Below the pieces are notes generated by a model. The model ran no database searches. It worked only from the letters and a program-made list of their open reading frames with translations, and was not told the origin of the DNA. Below, piece by piece: positions 9,338-18,688 of a stretch of DNA of 64,000 nt. The DNA is from Candidatus Puniceispirillaceae bacterium. GTDB lineage: Bacteria > Pseudomonadota > Alphaproteobacteria > Puniceispirillales > Puniceispirillaceae. The stretch lies in the NCBI GenBank assembly GCA_965660165.1, contig CBFHYU010000004.1, positions 16,931 through 80,930 of the forward strand, given 5' to 3'. Position 1 is the stretch's first letter. The number at the start of each line of letters is the position of its first letter. A program made the translations under genes and the position numbers.

Positions 9338-11258
9338 CTGGATTTCCGAACATCGTGCTGATATCGCCGCTGTGCTTATCCTAGCGCTTATTGCCAGCTT
9401 TGTCTGGTCGATTTTCTATGGGGTAAAACAATCGCGCAGGCTGGCAAAAGAACAGGTATTTGGCGATCCAGAACGCACTGTTGGCGGCTGGTATTGGGCT
9501 GTATGCGGTGTTTCTGCGTTAATGCTTGTGTGGTTTTATTATTCATGGGGGATGGCACGCGCTTTTTTCCCAAATGCTGCGAATGAAGTATGTCAGATCG
9601 CTAAAATTGATGAAGCGCTATCGCCTGTTAATGCCTCATTACCCGTATCGTCACGATATTTCAAATCTACCACGCTTGTTGTGCGCAATAGCGAGCAATT
9701 ATCTGACGTTGCCGCTATGTTACCAGAGGCAGTATTTACATCATCTGAACGCGCAACGCTTCGGCAAATTATTGATAATTCCCGCACGCTTATCTCAATC
9801 TTGTCAGATGAGCGCTATCAAGATCAACTGGTTGTTGAGGGACTTGATGAGATCAAGCTTAGGCTTGCGTCTCTGAAAACACAGCTTGATGCTGGCTATG
9901 AAGGGCTAACCCCATCATCAGAGGCACTGTTACAGCCGCGCTGGGGGGTTGATGATACCGAAATTGGCCTATTGCCTAAAACAGCACGCGGCATGATGTA
10001 TGATGCGGTATCTGCCGAAGCAACGCAAATTGCTGGACAGTTCTTAAAATTACGGAATTTGCCAGAAGACGCAAAACAGCTTATTTCCAAAACCAAATCA
10101 CAAATAGCTGACATGAAAGCGGTGAATAAAACATTTTCAGGAACCGAAGAAGATGCTGATACTCGCAATGATTATGTAAAATCTGTCGAGCGTATTTTCC
10201 GTAGACTAGATGATGGCTCAATTTTTCCTGCCAACGCGCTTATGGGCGTAAATCAATCAATTATTTCGCTTTACGAGTCTATCGATAAGGCAAAAGGCGG
10301 CTTATCTGTTATCGAAGCTGTCTTTATGCCAGGCGGGACGATTGTTAAATCTAAAACGTTATGTGTTGAACAAGGCTCTAGTCGGTGGTTGCCAAAGCCA
10401 ACGGATGTTGTATCCACATTCGGCCGTCTGGCTAATCCTAACCTTGAGACGGGGGGCGGATTTAAGGGCACGACGTTATTATGGTGGAAATGGCTAGAAA
10501 TAGCTGATGTGGTTGATTTCTTTATTCCTGATAGTCTGGTCGATTTAGTGCCAGGTCAGTATGGAACCCATAATGCGGATGGTCAATTTGACCGTACTTT
10601 CAAAGACAGGCTGCTTGGGTTTGCTAGTGGCGAGGTATATTTAGGCGCTATTCCAATGCTAGATGGTCATATCTGGGATTCAATGTTCAGAGTGATTATT
10701 GCAATGATGTTTGGCATTTTGCTTGGTGTACCACTAGGTATTTTTATGGGGGTTTCTCGGTTCTTCAAATCATTCTTTGACCCGTTAATTGAGCTATATC
10801 GTCCAGTGCCACCGCTAGCATGGGCGCCCCTTATCCTAACCATTTTTGGGATTCAGGATGATGGTAAAATATTCCTGTTATTTATGGTTGCCTTTGCGAT
10901 TATGGTGATTTCCGCGCGCACAGGGGCGTCTGGTACGCAATTATCGAAAATCAGAGCCGCACATTCATTAGGCGCTACGCAACGCCAGATAATCCGCTAT
11001 GTGATTTTGCCAAATGCACTTCCTGAAATCCTTACAGGGGTTAGAATTTCCATTGGGGTTTGCTGGGGAACGCTGGTTGCCGCAGAAATGCTAGCAGGCA
11101 CAACAGGTATCGGCTTTATTGAAAATGTTGCTAGAACAGTATCTGATTATGAGCTTATTTGGGTTACTATTCTGATTATGGGCTTGTTAGGTCTGTTTTT
11201 CGATTTGGTAGTTCGAAAGGCAATTGCTATCCTTATCCCATGGCGCGGCAAAGGCTAA
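9330..11258 (+). CDS. ABC transporter permease (TauC/SsuC-type core, aa ~445-642) with a ~440-aa N-terminal extension
   Basis: The C-terminal third has the BPD_transp_1 pattern (PVPPLAWAPLIL, EAA-type loop SLGATQRQIIRYVILPNALPEI). The N-terminus has two hydrophobic helices (aa ~12-32 and ~53-75) followed by ~365 hydrophilic residues. The ATG overlaps the ATPase stop by 8 nt. Confidence 0.8.
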   Translation: MVNWISEHRADIAAVLILALIASFVWSIFYGVKQSRRLAKEQVFGDPERTVGGWYWAVCGVSALMLVWFYYSWGMARAFFPNAANEVCQIAKIDEALSPVNASLPVSSRYFKSTTLVVRNSEQLSDVAAMLPEAVFTSSERATLRQIIDNSRTLISILSDERYQDQLVVEGLDEIKLRLASLKTQLDAGYEGLTPSSEALLQPRWGVDDTEIGLLPKTARGMMYDAVSAEATQIAGQFLKLRNLPEDAKQLISKTKSQIADMKAVNKTFSGTEEDADTRNDYVKSVERIFRRLDDGSIFPANALMGVNQSIISLYESIDKAKGGLSVIEAVFMPGGTIVKSKTLCVEQGSSRWLPKPTDVVSTFGRLANPNLETGGGFKGTTLLWWKWLEIADVVDFFIPDSLVDLVPGQYGTHNADGQFDRTFKDRLLGFASGEVYLGAIPMLDGHIWDSMFRVIIAMMFGILLGVPLGIFMGVSRFFKSFFDPLIELYRPVPPLAWAPLILTIFGIQDDGKIFLLFMVAFAIMVISARTGASGTQLSKIRAAHSLGATQRQIIRYVILPNALPEILTGVRISIGVCWGTLVAAEMLAGTTGIGFIENVARTVSDYELIWVTILIMGLLGLFFDLVVRKAIAILIPWRGKG

Positions 11259-11334
11259 TATGATTATTCACACTGTCTGAAGCGTGCAGCATCTTTATGG
11301 TACAAGTCATTTTTAATTGCTGAGGTTAATCATT

Positions 11335-12420
11335 ATGCCCCTTTTACAGACCACTATCATTGAAAACTGGCTATCAGAGATGTTTACTGCCGCAGGTTGT
11401 CCCTCTGATGAAGCCAAAATGATTGCCGAAAATCTTGTCGATGCAGATGCATCTGGCCATCCTAGTCATGGTATTGTGCGGGTGCCTCGTTATATTGATT
11501 ATATTGCCAGCAAGACTGTTCGCCCTGTTTGCGAATATGAGGTAATTACAAAAAGCGGAAATTTGCTTTTATTGGATGGTAAATTTAGCTTTGGTCAGGT
11601 GCTTGGTCATCATCTAATAAAAGAGGCTGACACGCTGGTAGCAGAAACAGGGTTGGCAATGATCGGGCTTCGTCATGCTGGCCATTTAGGTCGTATTGGG
11701 GCATGGGCTGAATATCTTGCAGATAAAGGGTATGTCTCAATCCATTTTGTAAATGTGGCAGGCTCACGCATTGTTGCGCCGTTTGGAAGTAAGCAGGCCT
11801 GTCTGTCTACAGCGCCTGTGGCGATTGGCGTGCCAAATGAGAATGGGCATTTTATTCTTGATTTTGCAACTAGCCGTGTGGCTGAGGGCAAGATTTTGGT
11901 AAGCCAGAAAACAGGCTCAAAATTGCCATCTGATGCAATGGTTGATGGCAAGGGAAATGATTCAGATGTGCCAGCAACAATTTATGGCGCTACAGCGCAA
12001 TCTGATGTGCCTGATCCACGTGCAGGAGAGGGCGCAATTCAGACGTTTGGAGAGCATAAAGGCTCAGGGCTAGGCATTGCATGTGAATTGTTAGCGGGCG
12101 CACTAACAGGCTCAGGCACAAATGCCAAAGACAGCTCGTTTTGTAATGGCATGCTTAGTATTGTGATGGATGCTAGCAGATGGGATGCGCAGGGCGCCTC
12201 AGCAGGCGCAATATCGGCTGAAATCAATGATTATATTGACATGGTAAGACGCTCAGCCCCACGTCAGCAAGGCCAGAGCGTGATGGTGCCTGGTGATAAA
12301 GAGCGTATGCTTCGTGCCAACGCACAGAAAGATGGGATTGATTTGGATAATAATATTTATGCGCATCTTGAGCGTATATCAGCCCAGCTAGATATTCAGA
12401 CACCAAATAATCATTCGTAA
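11335..12420 (+). CDS. Ldh_2 family (malate/L-lactate/sulfolactate-type) NAD(P)-dependent 2-hydroxyacid dehydrogenase
   Basis: GHPSHGIVRVPRY, GHLGRIG, FGEHKGSGLGIACELLAG are typical of the Ldh_2 (AllD/ComC/DlgD) family. The start was moved from the TTG at 11317 to the ATG at 11335. Confidence 0.8.
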   Translation: MPLLQTTIIENWLSEMFTAAGCPSDEAKMIAENLVDADASGHPSHGIVRVPRYIDYIASKTVRPVCEYEVITKSGNLLLLDGKFSFGQVLGHHLIKEADTLVAETGLAMIGLRHAGHLGRIGAWAEYLADKGYVSIHFVNVAGSRIVAPFGSKQACLSTAPVAIGVPNENGHFILDFATSRVAEGKILVSQKTGSKLPSDAMVDGKGNDSDVPATIYGATAQSDVPDPRAGEGAIQTFGEHKGSGLGIACELLAGALTGSGTNAKDSSFCNGMLSIVMDASRWDAQGASAGAISAEINDYIDMVRRSAPRQQGQSVMVPGDKERMLRANAQKDGIDLDNNIYAHLERISAQLDIQTPNNHS

Positions 12421-13425
12421 ATGGAGCATGAGATGGTCTCGAACAAACCTAAAATCTTTTATAATAGTTTTGCTCCTCAAGAGATTTATGATCTGCTAGA
12501 AACTGCTGCCTCTGATGAGTTTGATATTATCACACTAAGCGCAGATGATGATGATGAGCGCTATCGCAAAATTGCAGAATGTGACGGGGTGATAGTGGCA
12601 GGCTATAAGCTAACAGATGCCCATATCAATGCCGCAGAAAAGCTGAAGGTTGTTCAGCATCAGGGCGTAGGCTGGCATGACACAACAGACTGGCAGACGT
12701 TGAAAGCGCGTCAGATAAGGCTGGCGATAAACCTCGCAGGAAGTACAGTATCTGTTGCTGAACATACTATTCTGCTTATTCTGGCAGCATCAAAACATGC
12801 TGTATTTGCAGATAACCAGATTCGTGAAGGACGCTGGTTGGTGAATGAATTGCGGATGCAGTCACGCGAGCTGTCACAAATGAAGGTAGGCTTGCTTGGC
12901 ATGGGCAGAATCGGCTCATTGGTGGCGACTCGTCTGGCAAGCTTTGGCTGTGAGGTAAGCTATTGCGATCCGTATGTAACAAAAGATGATGCATTTACAG
13001 CGCAATATAAGGTGAAAAAAGTCAGCTTTGATGAATTGATAGAAGAAAATGATGTATTGAGTCTGCATCTCCCCAGAATGGAAAGTACACGTAATATTAT
13101 CAGCGCTGATGTCATTCAGCGGATGAAGGCTGGCGCTATTTTTATCAATGCCGCTAGAGGCGGGTTGGTAGATGAACTTGCCCTTGATAAGGCGTTGCGT
13201 GAAGGTCGCTTGACTAGCGCAGGGCTTGATGTGTTTGATTTTGAGCCTATCAATGCTGATAATCCGCTTCTCACAAATCCAAAGGCGGTGCTGTCACCGC
13301 ATATTGCGGCTGGCACAAAAGATGCGCTTGAACAGAAAATTGCCTCTGTAATTCACAATCTAAAACAGTATTTCGAGGCAGGCACGCTTGATAATGAAGT
13401 TGATTTGCAAGCCCATCAGGATTAG
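12421..13425 (+). CDS. D-isomer-specific 2-hydroxyacid dehydrogenase (PGDH/GyaR-like)
   Basis: GLLGMGRIGSLVA (NAD fold), FINAARGGLVDE, LDVFDFEP, SPHIAAGT (catalytic His). The ATG directly abuts the previous stop. Confidence 0.87.
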   Translation: MEHEMVSNKPKIFYNSFAPQEIYDLLETAASDEFDIITLSADDDDERYRKIAECDGVIVAGYKLTDAHINAAEKLKVVQHQGVGWHDTTDWQTLKARQIRLAINLAGSTVSVAEHTILLILAASKHAVFADNQIREGRWLVNELRMQSRELSQMKVGLLGMGRIGSLVATRLASFGCEVSYCDPYVTKDDAFTAQYKVKKVSFDELIEENDVLSLHLPRMESTRNIISADVIQRMKAGAIFINAARGGLVDELALDKALREGRLTSAGLDVFDFEPINADNPLLTNPKAVLSPHIAAGTKDALEQKIASVIHNLKQYFEAGTLDNEVDLQAHQD

Positions 13426-13530
13426 CTGTTGTTTGCCTGTTAAGGGGTAAAAACTGGTCACATCAGGGCAATAACTTGGTGACATGGCTATCAATATGTT
13501 TTAATCATAACCAATAATTACATTTGCGAA

Positions 13531-13641
13531 ATGGGGGTCATCATGGACGCAACAGTAGGTTTGTTTCTGGTTATCGGGTTTCCAACATCTTTGGCACTAG
13601 CTATCTGGGCGTTTGAGGTATTTTCAAAACGCCCTGAATAG
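13531..13641 (+). CDS. Possible small membrane protein (36 aa; 32 aa if started at 13543)
   Basis: My translation is MGVIMDATVGLFLVIGFPTSLALAIWAFEVFSKRPE. It has a single TM helix and a GGGGG purine run before the second ATG. Too short for the ORF track, and no family was recognised. Confidence 0.25.
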   Translation: MGVIMDATVGLFLVIGFPTSLALAIWAFEVFSKRPE

Positions 13642-13669
13642 TCAGGCAAATCAAAATATAGTGAGATAT

Positions 13670-14077
13670 CTATATAGGCGTAAAGGCAGTGCTTGTCTGA
13701 AAGGCAAGGATCACGCATTTATGCCTATTTTTTATGTCTCTAACAGGCGTTAGGGGCGCGGCTCTGTCAAGTGGGCATATCTGGCTATCATGTTGCAGCC
13801 AAGCGAGCAGGCTTTTGCCAGTATTCTCTAGCTCATCCAAGCTATGGCCAATACAGCTTTCAAGCCACAACCCTGCACCAGCCTCGCATAAGGCGCAGCC
13901 TCTAGCGGTGATATGCGCTTGGGTAATAAGATTATTGTGAAGTGTAATTGATGCAATGACCTTGTCACCACAAACAGGGTTATTTACCTCTGCTATATGG
14001 GTGGCATTATCAATTTTTTTGGCAGTTCGTGGGATATTCGCAAGCGCTAGCAATTCCTTTTGATACAATTTATCCAT
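13670..14077 (-). CDS. IscU/SufU/NifU-N-like iron-sulfur cluster scaffold protein
   Basis: 135 aa with NPVCGDKV, GCALCEAGA and a third Cys (HKCV), the three-Cys pattern of U-type scaffolds. Confidence 0.75.
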   Translation of the reverse strand: MDKLYQKELLALANIPRTAKKIDNATHIAEVNNPVCGDKVIASITLHNNLITQAHITARGCALCEAGAGLWLESCIGHSLDELENTGKSLLAWLQHDSQICPLDRAAPLTPVRDIKNRHKCVILAFQTSTAFTPI

Positions 14078-14110
14078 TATATCTCCGGATGCTAGTTAGA
14101 AAAACGATGT

Positions 14111-14242
14111 CTATTCGCCTGCCAGCAATAGATATAATGCGCCTGCGGCTACAAGATAGGTAAGCACAATCGTCCAGTGAAGTGAATGATATTCATTTTC
14201 TTCTGGAACACCTGCTGGTCTTGATTTTTGTGGTGCGCCCAT
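14111..14242 (-). CDS. Possible small membrane protein (43 aa)
   Basis: My translation is MGAPQKSRPAGVPEENEYHSLHWTIVLTYLVAAGALYLLLAGE. SD GGGGGA lies ~6 nt upstream. It has one TM helix and sits between the nhaA terminator and the scaffold gene. Confidence 0.3.
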   Translation of the reverse strand: MGAPQKSRPAGVPEENEYHSLHWTIVLTYLVAAGALYLLLAGE

Positions 14243-14296
14243 ATTTTCCCCCATTAGACTCTGAAAACATCACATTTCCTCATTTTATACAAAAAA

Positions 14297-14330
14297 GAAA
14301 AGAGGCTGACAAGATGTTCAGCCTCTTTTG
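14297..14330. terminator. Bidirectional rho-independent terminator-like hairpin (downstream of nhaA)
   Basis: AGAGGCTGA-N8-TCAGCCTCT flanked by an A-run on the left and a T-run on the right. On the minus strand the stem is followed by TTTTCTTTTTT. Confidence 0.6.
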
Positions 14331-14357
14331 ACATAGGTTAATAGATAGACCGACTGG

Positions 14358-15608
14358 CTATTCCATTTTCTTTACGCCAATTATTTTGGCAACAAAAATT
14401 GAGAGGAACACAGCACCAAACGAGAATAATGCGCCCATTTTCGCAGCATCCTGAATCTCGCCTGCTGGAAATGCGACCGCCGAGATAAATAGAGATACGG
14501 TAAAGCCAATCGCCGCCACAAAGCCAATAATAAGCAGATCAATTATCCGCATGCCTTCTGGCAGACCAAGCCTTAACCCTACAGCTGCGATTGCGCCAAG
14601 AAGCAAAATACCAACAGGCTTTCCGATAATTAGACCGCCAAGAACAAGCCATGTAGCATCCCCCATAGACGAGAACACAACGCCAGCATTGGCAAAGCCA
14701 AACAGCATTAGAATCACCTCTACAGGCGCTTTTAATCCATGTTCCATATCATTTAGCATATCATGCTGATGCACTTCTTCTGCACCATAAATGCCGTAAT
14801 CTGTATCTGCATGCGGAATTGCTGGTATCACAGGCAATAAGCCTAATGCAGGGTGAATGCCTGCTTGTTGAAAGCCATACCAGCTTGCACAGCCAGCAAT
14901 AATATATGGCCAATAGCCAAATTTCGCTCTTACGCTTTTAGACACAGGATTTGACTTGTCATTACCGTCAAGCCGACGTGGCAAATAGTTAAACAGCAGA
15001 TAGGCAGATACCGCCGCCCCAACAGATAATAACAGCCATTGCGGATTAAGATCGCCCTGAGGATAGAATATTGCCAGAATAATTAGCCCTGCAGCATCAT
15101 CCGCAATTGCTAGCAATAACAAGAAACCAACAGCGGGGTGCTTTGCACCAAAAATAATCCGACCAACAAGATATGAAAATGCAATGTCTGTCGCCGTAGG
15201 AATAGCCCAGCCATTTGCCAATGCCGCAAATTTACCAACCGCAAATGCACCTAGCAGATACACTGAAATAGGGCCAATCATGCCACCTGCTGTGGCAATA
15301 AGCGGTGTGAGCGCCTTTTTGCCTCTCAATGAGCCTGTTTTCAGAGCCACAGCTTCCCAGACTTCTTTGCCCGCAATACCAAAAAATAATGCCATCAGAA
15401 CATCATTGATCAGATAATGCAGGGTTAGCGTCCTATGCCCATCATGTAAATGGCCAACAGGCGAGTTTTCAAGTAGCACCATATCAACAATATGATGATA
15501 GCTATAATAATCGATATTCGCCCATGTAAGTGCGCCAAACGCGCCTATCACAAGCAATAGTGAGTATTCTTGAACAAATCCCCAAACGGAATTTTGAGAT
15601 GCTGACAT
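14358..15608 (-). CDS. nhaA: Na+/H+ antiporter NhaA
   Basis: 416 aa, polytopic. The AIADDAAGLIILAIFY motif corresponds to the conserved NhaA DD motif. Confidence 0.9.
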   Translation of the reverse strand: MSASQNSVWGFVQEYSLLLVIGAFGALTWANIDYYSYHHIVDMVLLENSPVGHLHDGHRTLTLHYLINDVLMALFFGIAGKEVWEAVALKTGSLRGKKALTPLIATAGGMIGPISVYLLGAFAVGKFAALANGWAIPTATDIAFSYLVGRIIFGAKHPAVGFLLLLAIADDAAGLIILAIFYPQGDLNPQWLLLSVGAAVSAYLLFNYLPRRLDGNDKSNPVSKSVRAKFGYWPYIIAGCASWYGFQQAGIHPALGLLPVIPAIPHADTDYGIYGAEEVHQHDMLNDMEHGLKAPVEVILMLFGFANAGVVFSSMGDATWLVLGGLIIGKPVGILLLGAIAAVGLRLGLPEGMRIIDLLIIGFVAAIGFTVSLFISAVAFPAGEIQDAAKMGALFSFGAVFLSIFVAKIIGVKKME

Positions 15609-15724
15609 TTTCCCCTCTCCTGAACTCTGTCTTTATTACCGACAAACATATACCAACAAGTGACCCTCAAACTATGACCATCTTTTACACTATGGTCTAA
15701 AAAAGCGCAAATTCATAACCACCT

Positions 15725-16861
15725 TTGGCTAGCCAGATGCCTAAATTTATCTATCTTATGGATATGGATACGCAAACACGCAGATTTTTGATGGGGTCAG
15801 ATATTTTCAGAGGGTCTGTCTATGGCGCAGGCCATCCGCTTAATATTGCGCGGGTTTGGCCTGTGATTGATATGTGTTTTGAACTTGGCTGGTTATCAGA
15901 TGCCAATTATATTGCTGTTTCCCCTGCACCTCCTGAAACATTGGCTCTGTTTCATACGCCTGACTATATTGCAGCACTTCTTTTGGCAGAACAAACACAA
16001 TCTCTAGATTCATTTCAGATGGAACGACACAGGATAGGCAAGGATAATAACCCTATATTCCCGCAAATATATTCGCGTCCTGCCACAGCCGCACATGCGA
16101 GTATTCTCGCAGCTGAAATGTTGGCGGCAGGAAAAGCAGATATTATCTATAACCCATCAGGCGGCACGCATCATGGAATGCCAGACAAAGCTAATGGGTT
16201 TTGTTTTGTGAATGATCCTGCACTAGCTATTTGTTCTTTATTGCAGGCTGGTATTAGCCAGATTGCCTATGTTGATATTGATGCACACCACCCTGATGGG
16301 GTGGAAGCATATTGTTCAGATGATGAGCGGGTAAGATTATTTTCAGTGCATGAAGAAAATAAATGGCCACGCACTGGAAAACAAGGTGATAAAGCAGGCG
16401 GCTTTGCAACAAATTTTACTTTACCGCGTGGGGCAGGGGATGAAGCGTTATTAAACATCTGTTCTGAGCATATATTGCCAGCACTAGATGATTTTGCTCC
16501 TAAAATACTTATTCTTCAGGCTGGCTGTGACGGCTTGGCTGATGATCCGCAATCTGGTCTTCGCTATAGCAATAATGGCTATTGGCGAGCCATCTCATTG
16601 CTGTTATCCAGACGCATTCCTGCGTTAGTGCTTGGTGGCGGTGGCTATAACCCTTATAGTACAGCGCGCGCATGGGCAGGTGTCTGGGGCATAATTTGTG
16701 GGCATGATCCTGAAACAACTATTTTGCCCACTGCTTGCTCCTCGCTTTTAAGAGGGCTTGAATGGCAACATCGTCTAGGCCGAAATCCGCCAGAGCGCTG
16801 GTTCGTTCAGCTGGCAGATAAGCTTGGCGATACGCTGTCACAGACAGGAAAGCAAAGGTGA
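15725..16861 (+). CDS. Histone deacetylase / acetoin utilisation (AcuC)-family deacetylase
   Basis: GGTHHGMPDKANGFCFVND and YVDIDAHHPDGVE metal/active-site motifs. The track start is a TTG. The true start is probably an internal ATG (15737 or later). Confidence 0.85.
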   Translation: MASQMPKFIYLMDMDTQTRRFLMGSDIFRGSVYGAGHPLNIARVWPVIDMCFELGWLSDANYIAVSPAPPETLALFHTPDYIAALLLAEQTQSLDSFQMERHRIGKDNNPIFPQIYSRPATAAHASILAAEMLAAGKADIIYNPSGGTHHGMPDKANGFCFVNDPALAICSLLQAGISQIAYVDIDAHHPDGVEAYCSDDERVRLFSVHEENKWPRTGKQGDKAGGFATNFTLPRGAGDEALLNICSEHILPALDDFAPKILILQAGCDGLADDPQSGLRYSNNGYWRAISLLLSRRIPALVLGGGGYNPYSTARAWAGVWGIICGHDPETTILPTACSSLLRGLEWQHRLGRNPPERWFVQLADKLGDTLSQTGKQR

Positions 16862-16862
16862 A

Positions 16863-17357
16863 ATGCATAGCTGGATATATAAACAAGCACTAACGCCACT
16901 CTGTATCCTAAGCCTGATTTGCTGTTTAAGCGTTGCGGTTATTGCAACAGCCTCAGCGCAAGATAAAAAAATTGCCGAGATTGTGATTTCAAATACACAA
17001 GGACAGCAATATCATTATGTAGCTGAGCTGGCGCACACCCCTGAATTGCGAAGCAAAGGATTGATGTTTAGACAGCATTTTGAAGCAGATCAGGCAATGT
17101 TATTTTTATGGCCAGCCACGTCTAGAAGATTATTCTGGATGAAAAATACATTTGTGCCTCTGGATATTCTGTTCTTTTCAGAAACTGGGACACTGTTTAA
17201 TCTTGTGCATATGGCTGAACCTCGCTCAGAAACGTTGCATTCATCTATTGACCCTACAGCCTTTGTGATTGAGCTAAAAGGTGGTGAAGCAAAGCGGCTA
17301 AATATAGATATTGGCAGTGAATTAACGTTTAAGACGAAGTTGCCAGATGCCAGATAG
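16863..17357 (+). CDS. DUF192-family secreted protein
   Basis: The start was moved to the ATG at 16863, 1 nt after the previous stop. Signal-like LTPLCILSLICCLSVAVIATASA. GLMFRQ...MLFLW...FWMKNTFVPLDILFF is the DUF192 signature. Confidence 0.7.
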   Translation: MHSWIYKQALTPLCILSLICCLSVAVIATASAQDKKIAEIVISNTQGQQYHYVAELAHTPELRSKGLMFRQHFEADQAMLFLWPATSRRLFWMKNTFVPLDILFFSETGTLFNLVHMAEPRSETLHSSIDPTAFVIELKGGEAKRLNIDIGSELTFKTKLPDAR

Positions 17358-17449
17358 TTATGCTTTTGCAATGCAAAGCAAATAATTCAGTGATATTGGT
17401 GATTTTTTCCTTGAAATCTTGGCGTGATCAGGTGTAAAAACCACGCTGT

Positions 17450-17526
<77 letters not shown>

Positions 17527-17722
17527 TTTTCTTCTTATCTCCCGTCTAATGCTTTAATAAACTTTCCCATCATAGAGGGTTACACACTGCTTTGTGTTAT
17601 TGGCCATGATTATATGATGGCTTAATAGCATGAATAGCTGTGCTAAGCTTATTTACGACATGGCTGTTATCTGTCATGCTTTATCTATAAACAGGCTGGT
17701 TTAGTTAAGGTGGGGAAGGCTT

Positions 17723-18469
17723 ATGTTATCACTCTCAGGAAAGCGGATATTTATAAGCGGCGCAGCGGCTGGTATGGGACACTCAGTTGCGCGGCTTGCG
17801 CTAGATGCAGGAGCAATAGTGGTTGCAACAGATATCGCATCACACGGGCTTGATGTGTTATCTCAGGCAGGCGCAACAACTGCAATATTAGATGTAACTG
17901 ATGCAGATATGGTGGCTCAGTTTTTTGCTAGTGAGGACGGGTTTGACGGAATTGTGAATATGGCTGGATGGGTGCATCACGGCACTATTTTAGATGTTGA
18001 TTATGCCGACTGGCAGAAATCCTTTTCTATCAATCTTAACAGTATGTTTTTTGTTATCCAGTCAGCTCTACCAAAAATGATTGAAAGAGGGGGCGGATCA
18101 ATCGTTAATATGGCATCGCTTGCATCTTCTGTTAAAGGCTTTCCTCAAAGGGCGGCCTACAGCGCTTCCAAAGCTGCGGTTATTGGGCTTACAAAGTCAG
18201 TTGCCGTTGATTTTATGGATAGGCATATCAGATGTAATGCGCTTTGTCCTGGTACTATCGAAACCCCATCTTTGCATGCCCGCATGAGTCAGCTTGCAGA
18301 AAAGCTAGGTAGTATGGATACGGCACGGGACTGGTTTATCTCGCGCCAGCCAATGGGCAGGCTTGGACAGCCAAATGAGATTGCCATGATGGCGTTATAT
18401 TTGCTCTCAGATGTAGGTGCATATGCTACTGGACAGCCATTCATTATTGATGGCGGCACAATTGCTTAA
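17723..18469 (+). CDS. Short-chain dehydrogenase/reductase (SDR)
   Basis: ISGAAAGMGHS cofactor motif, NMAS, and the catalytic YSASKAAV (YxxxK). Confidence 0.9.
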   Translation: MLSLSGKRIFISGAAAGMGHSVARLALDAGAIVVATDIASHGLDVLSQAGATTAILDVTDADMVAQFFASEDGFDGIVNMAGWVHHGTILDVDYADWQKSFSINLNSMFFVIQSALPKMIERGGGSIVNMASLASSVKGFPQRAAYSASKAAVIGLTKSVAVDFMDRHIRCNALCPGTIETPSLHARMSQLAEKLGSMDTARDWFISRQPMGRLGQPNEIAMMALYLLSDVGAYATGQPFIIDGGTIA

Positions 18470-18529
18470 GATTTGTTTAATCATCTGAAAAATAATATGA
18501 AAATAGGAAATCCCTAAGATGAGGACTAG

Positions 18530-18616
18530 ATGAATACGCTACAGAAAATCGTAATTGGCTGTGTTATATGCATGTTGTGTATTTTTATTTATGCAGGAAT
18601 GAAAACAATAGGCTGA
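18530..18616 (+). CDS. Candidate 28-aa hydrophobic peptide
   Basis: My translation is MNTLQKIVIGCVICMLCIFIYAGMKTIG. GAGGA lies 4 nt upstream. It is overlapped antisense by a 55-aa ORF (18539-18706, minus) that has its own AAGAGG-N5-ATG. At most one of the two is likely real. Confidence 0.25.
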   Translation: MNTLQKIVIGCVICMLCIFIYAGMKTIG

Positions 18617-18688
18617 GGTTGCGGCTAAGTTTGGCATGTTGATTGCAGTTGAGAGGGCGAACCGTTGCTCTGTAAGGTTCACTCGCGG

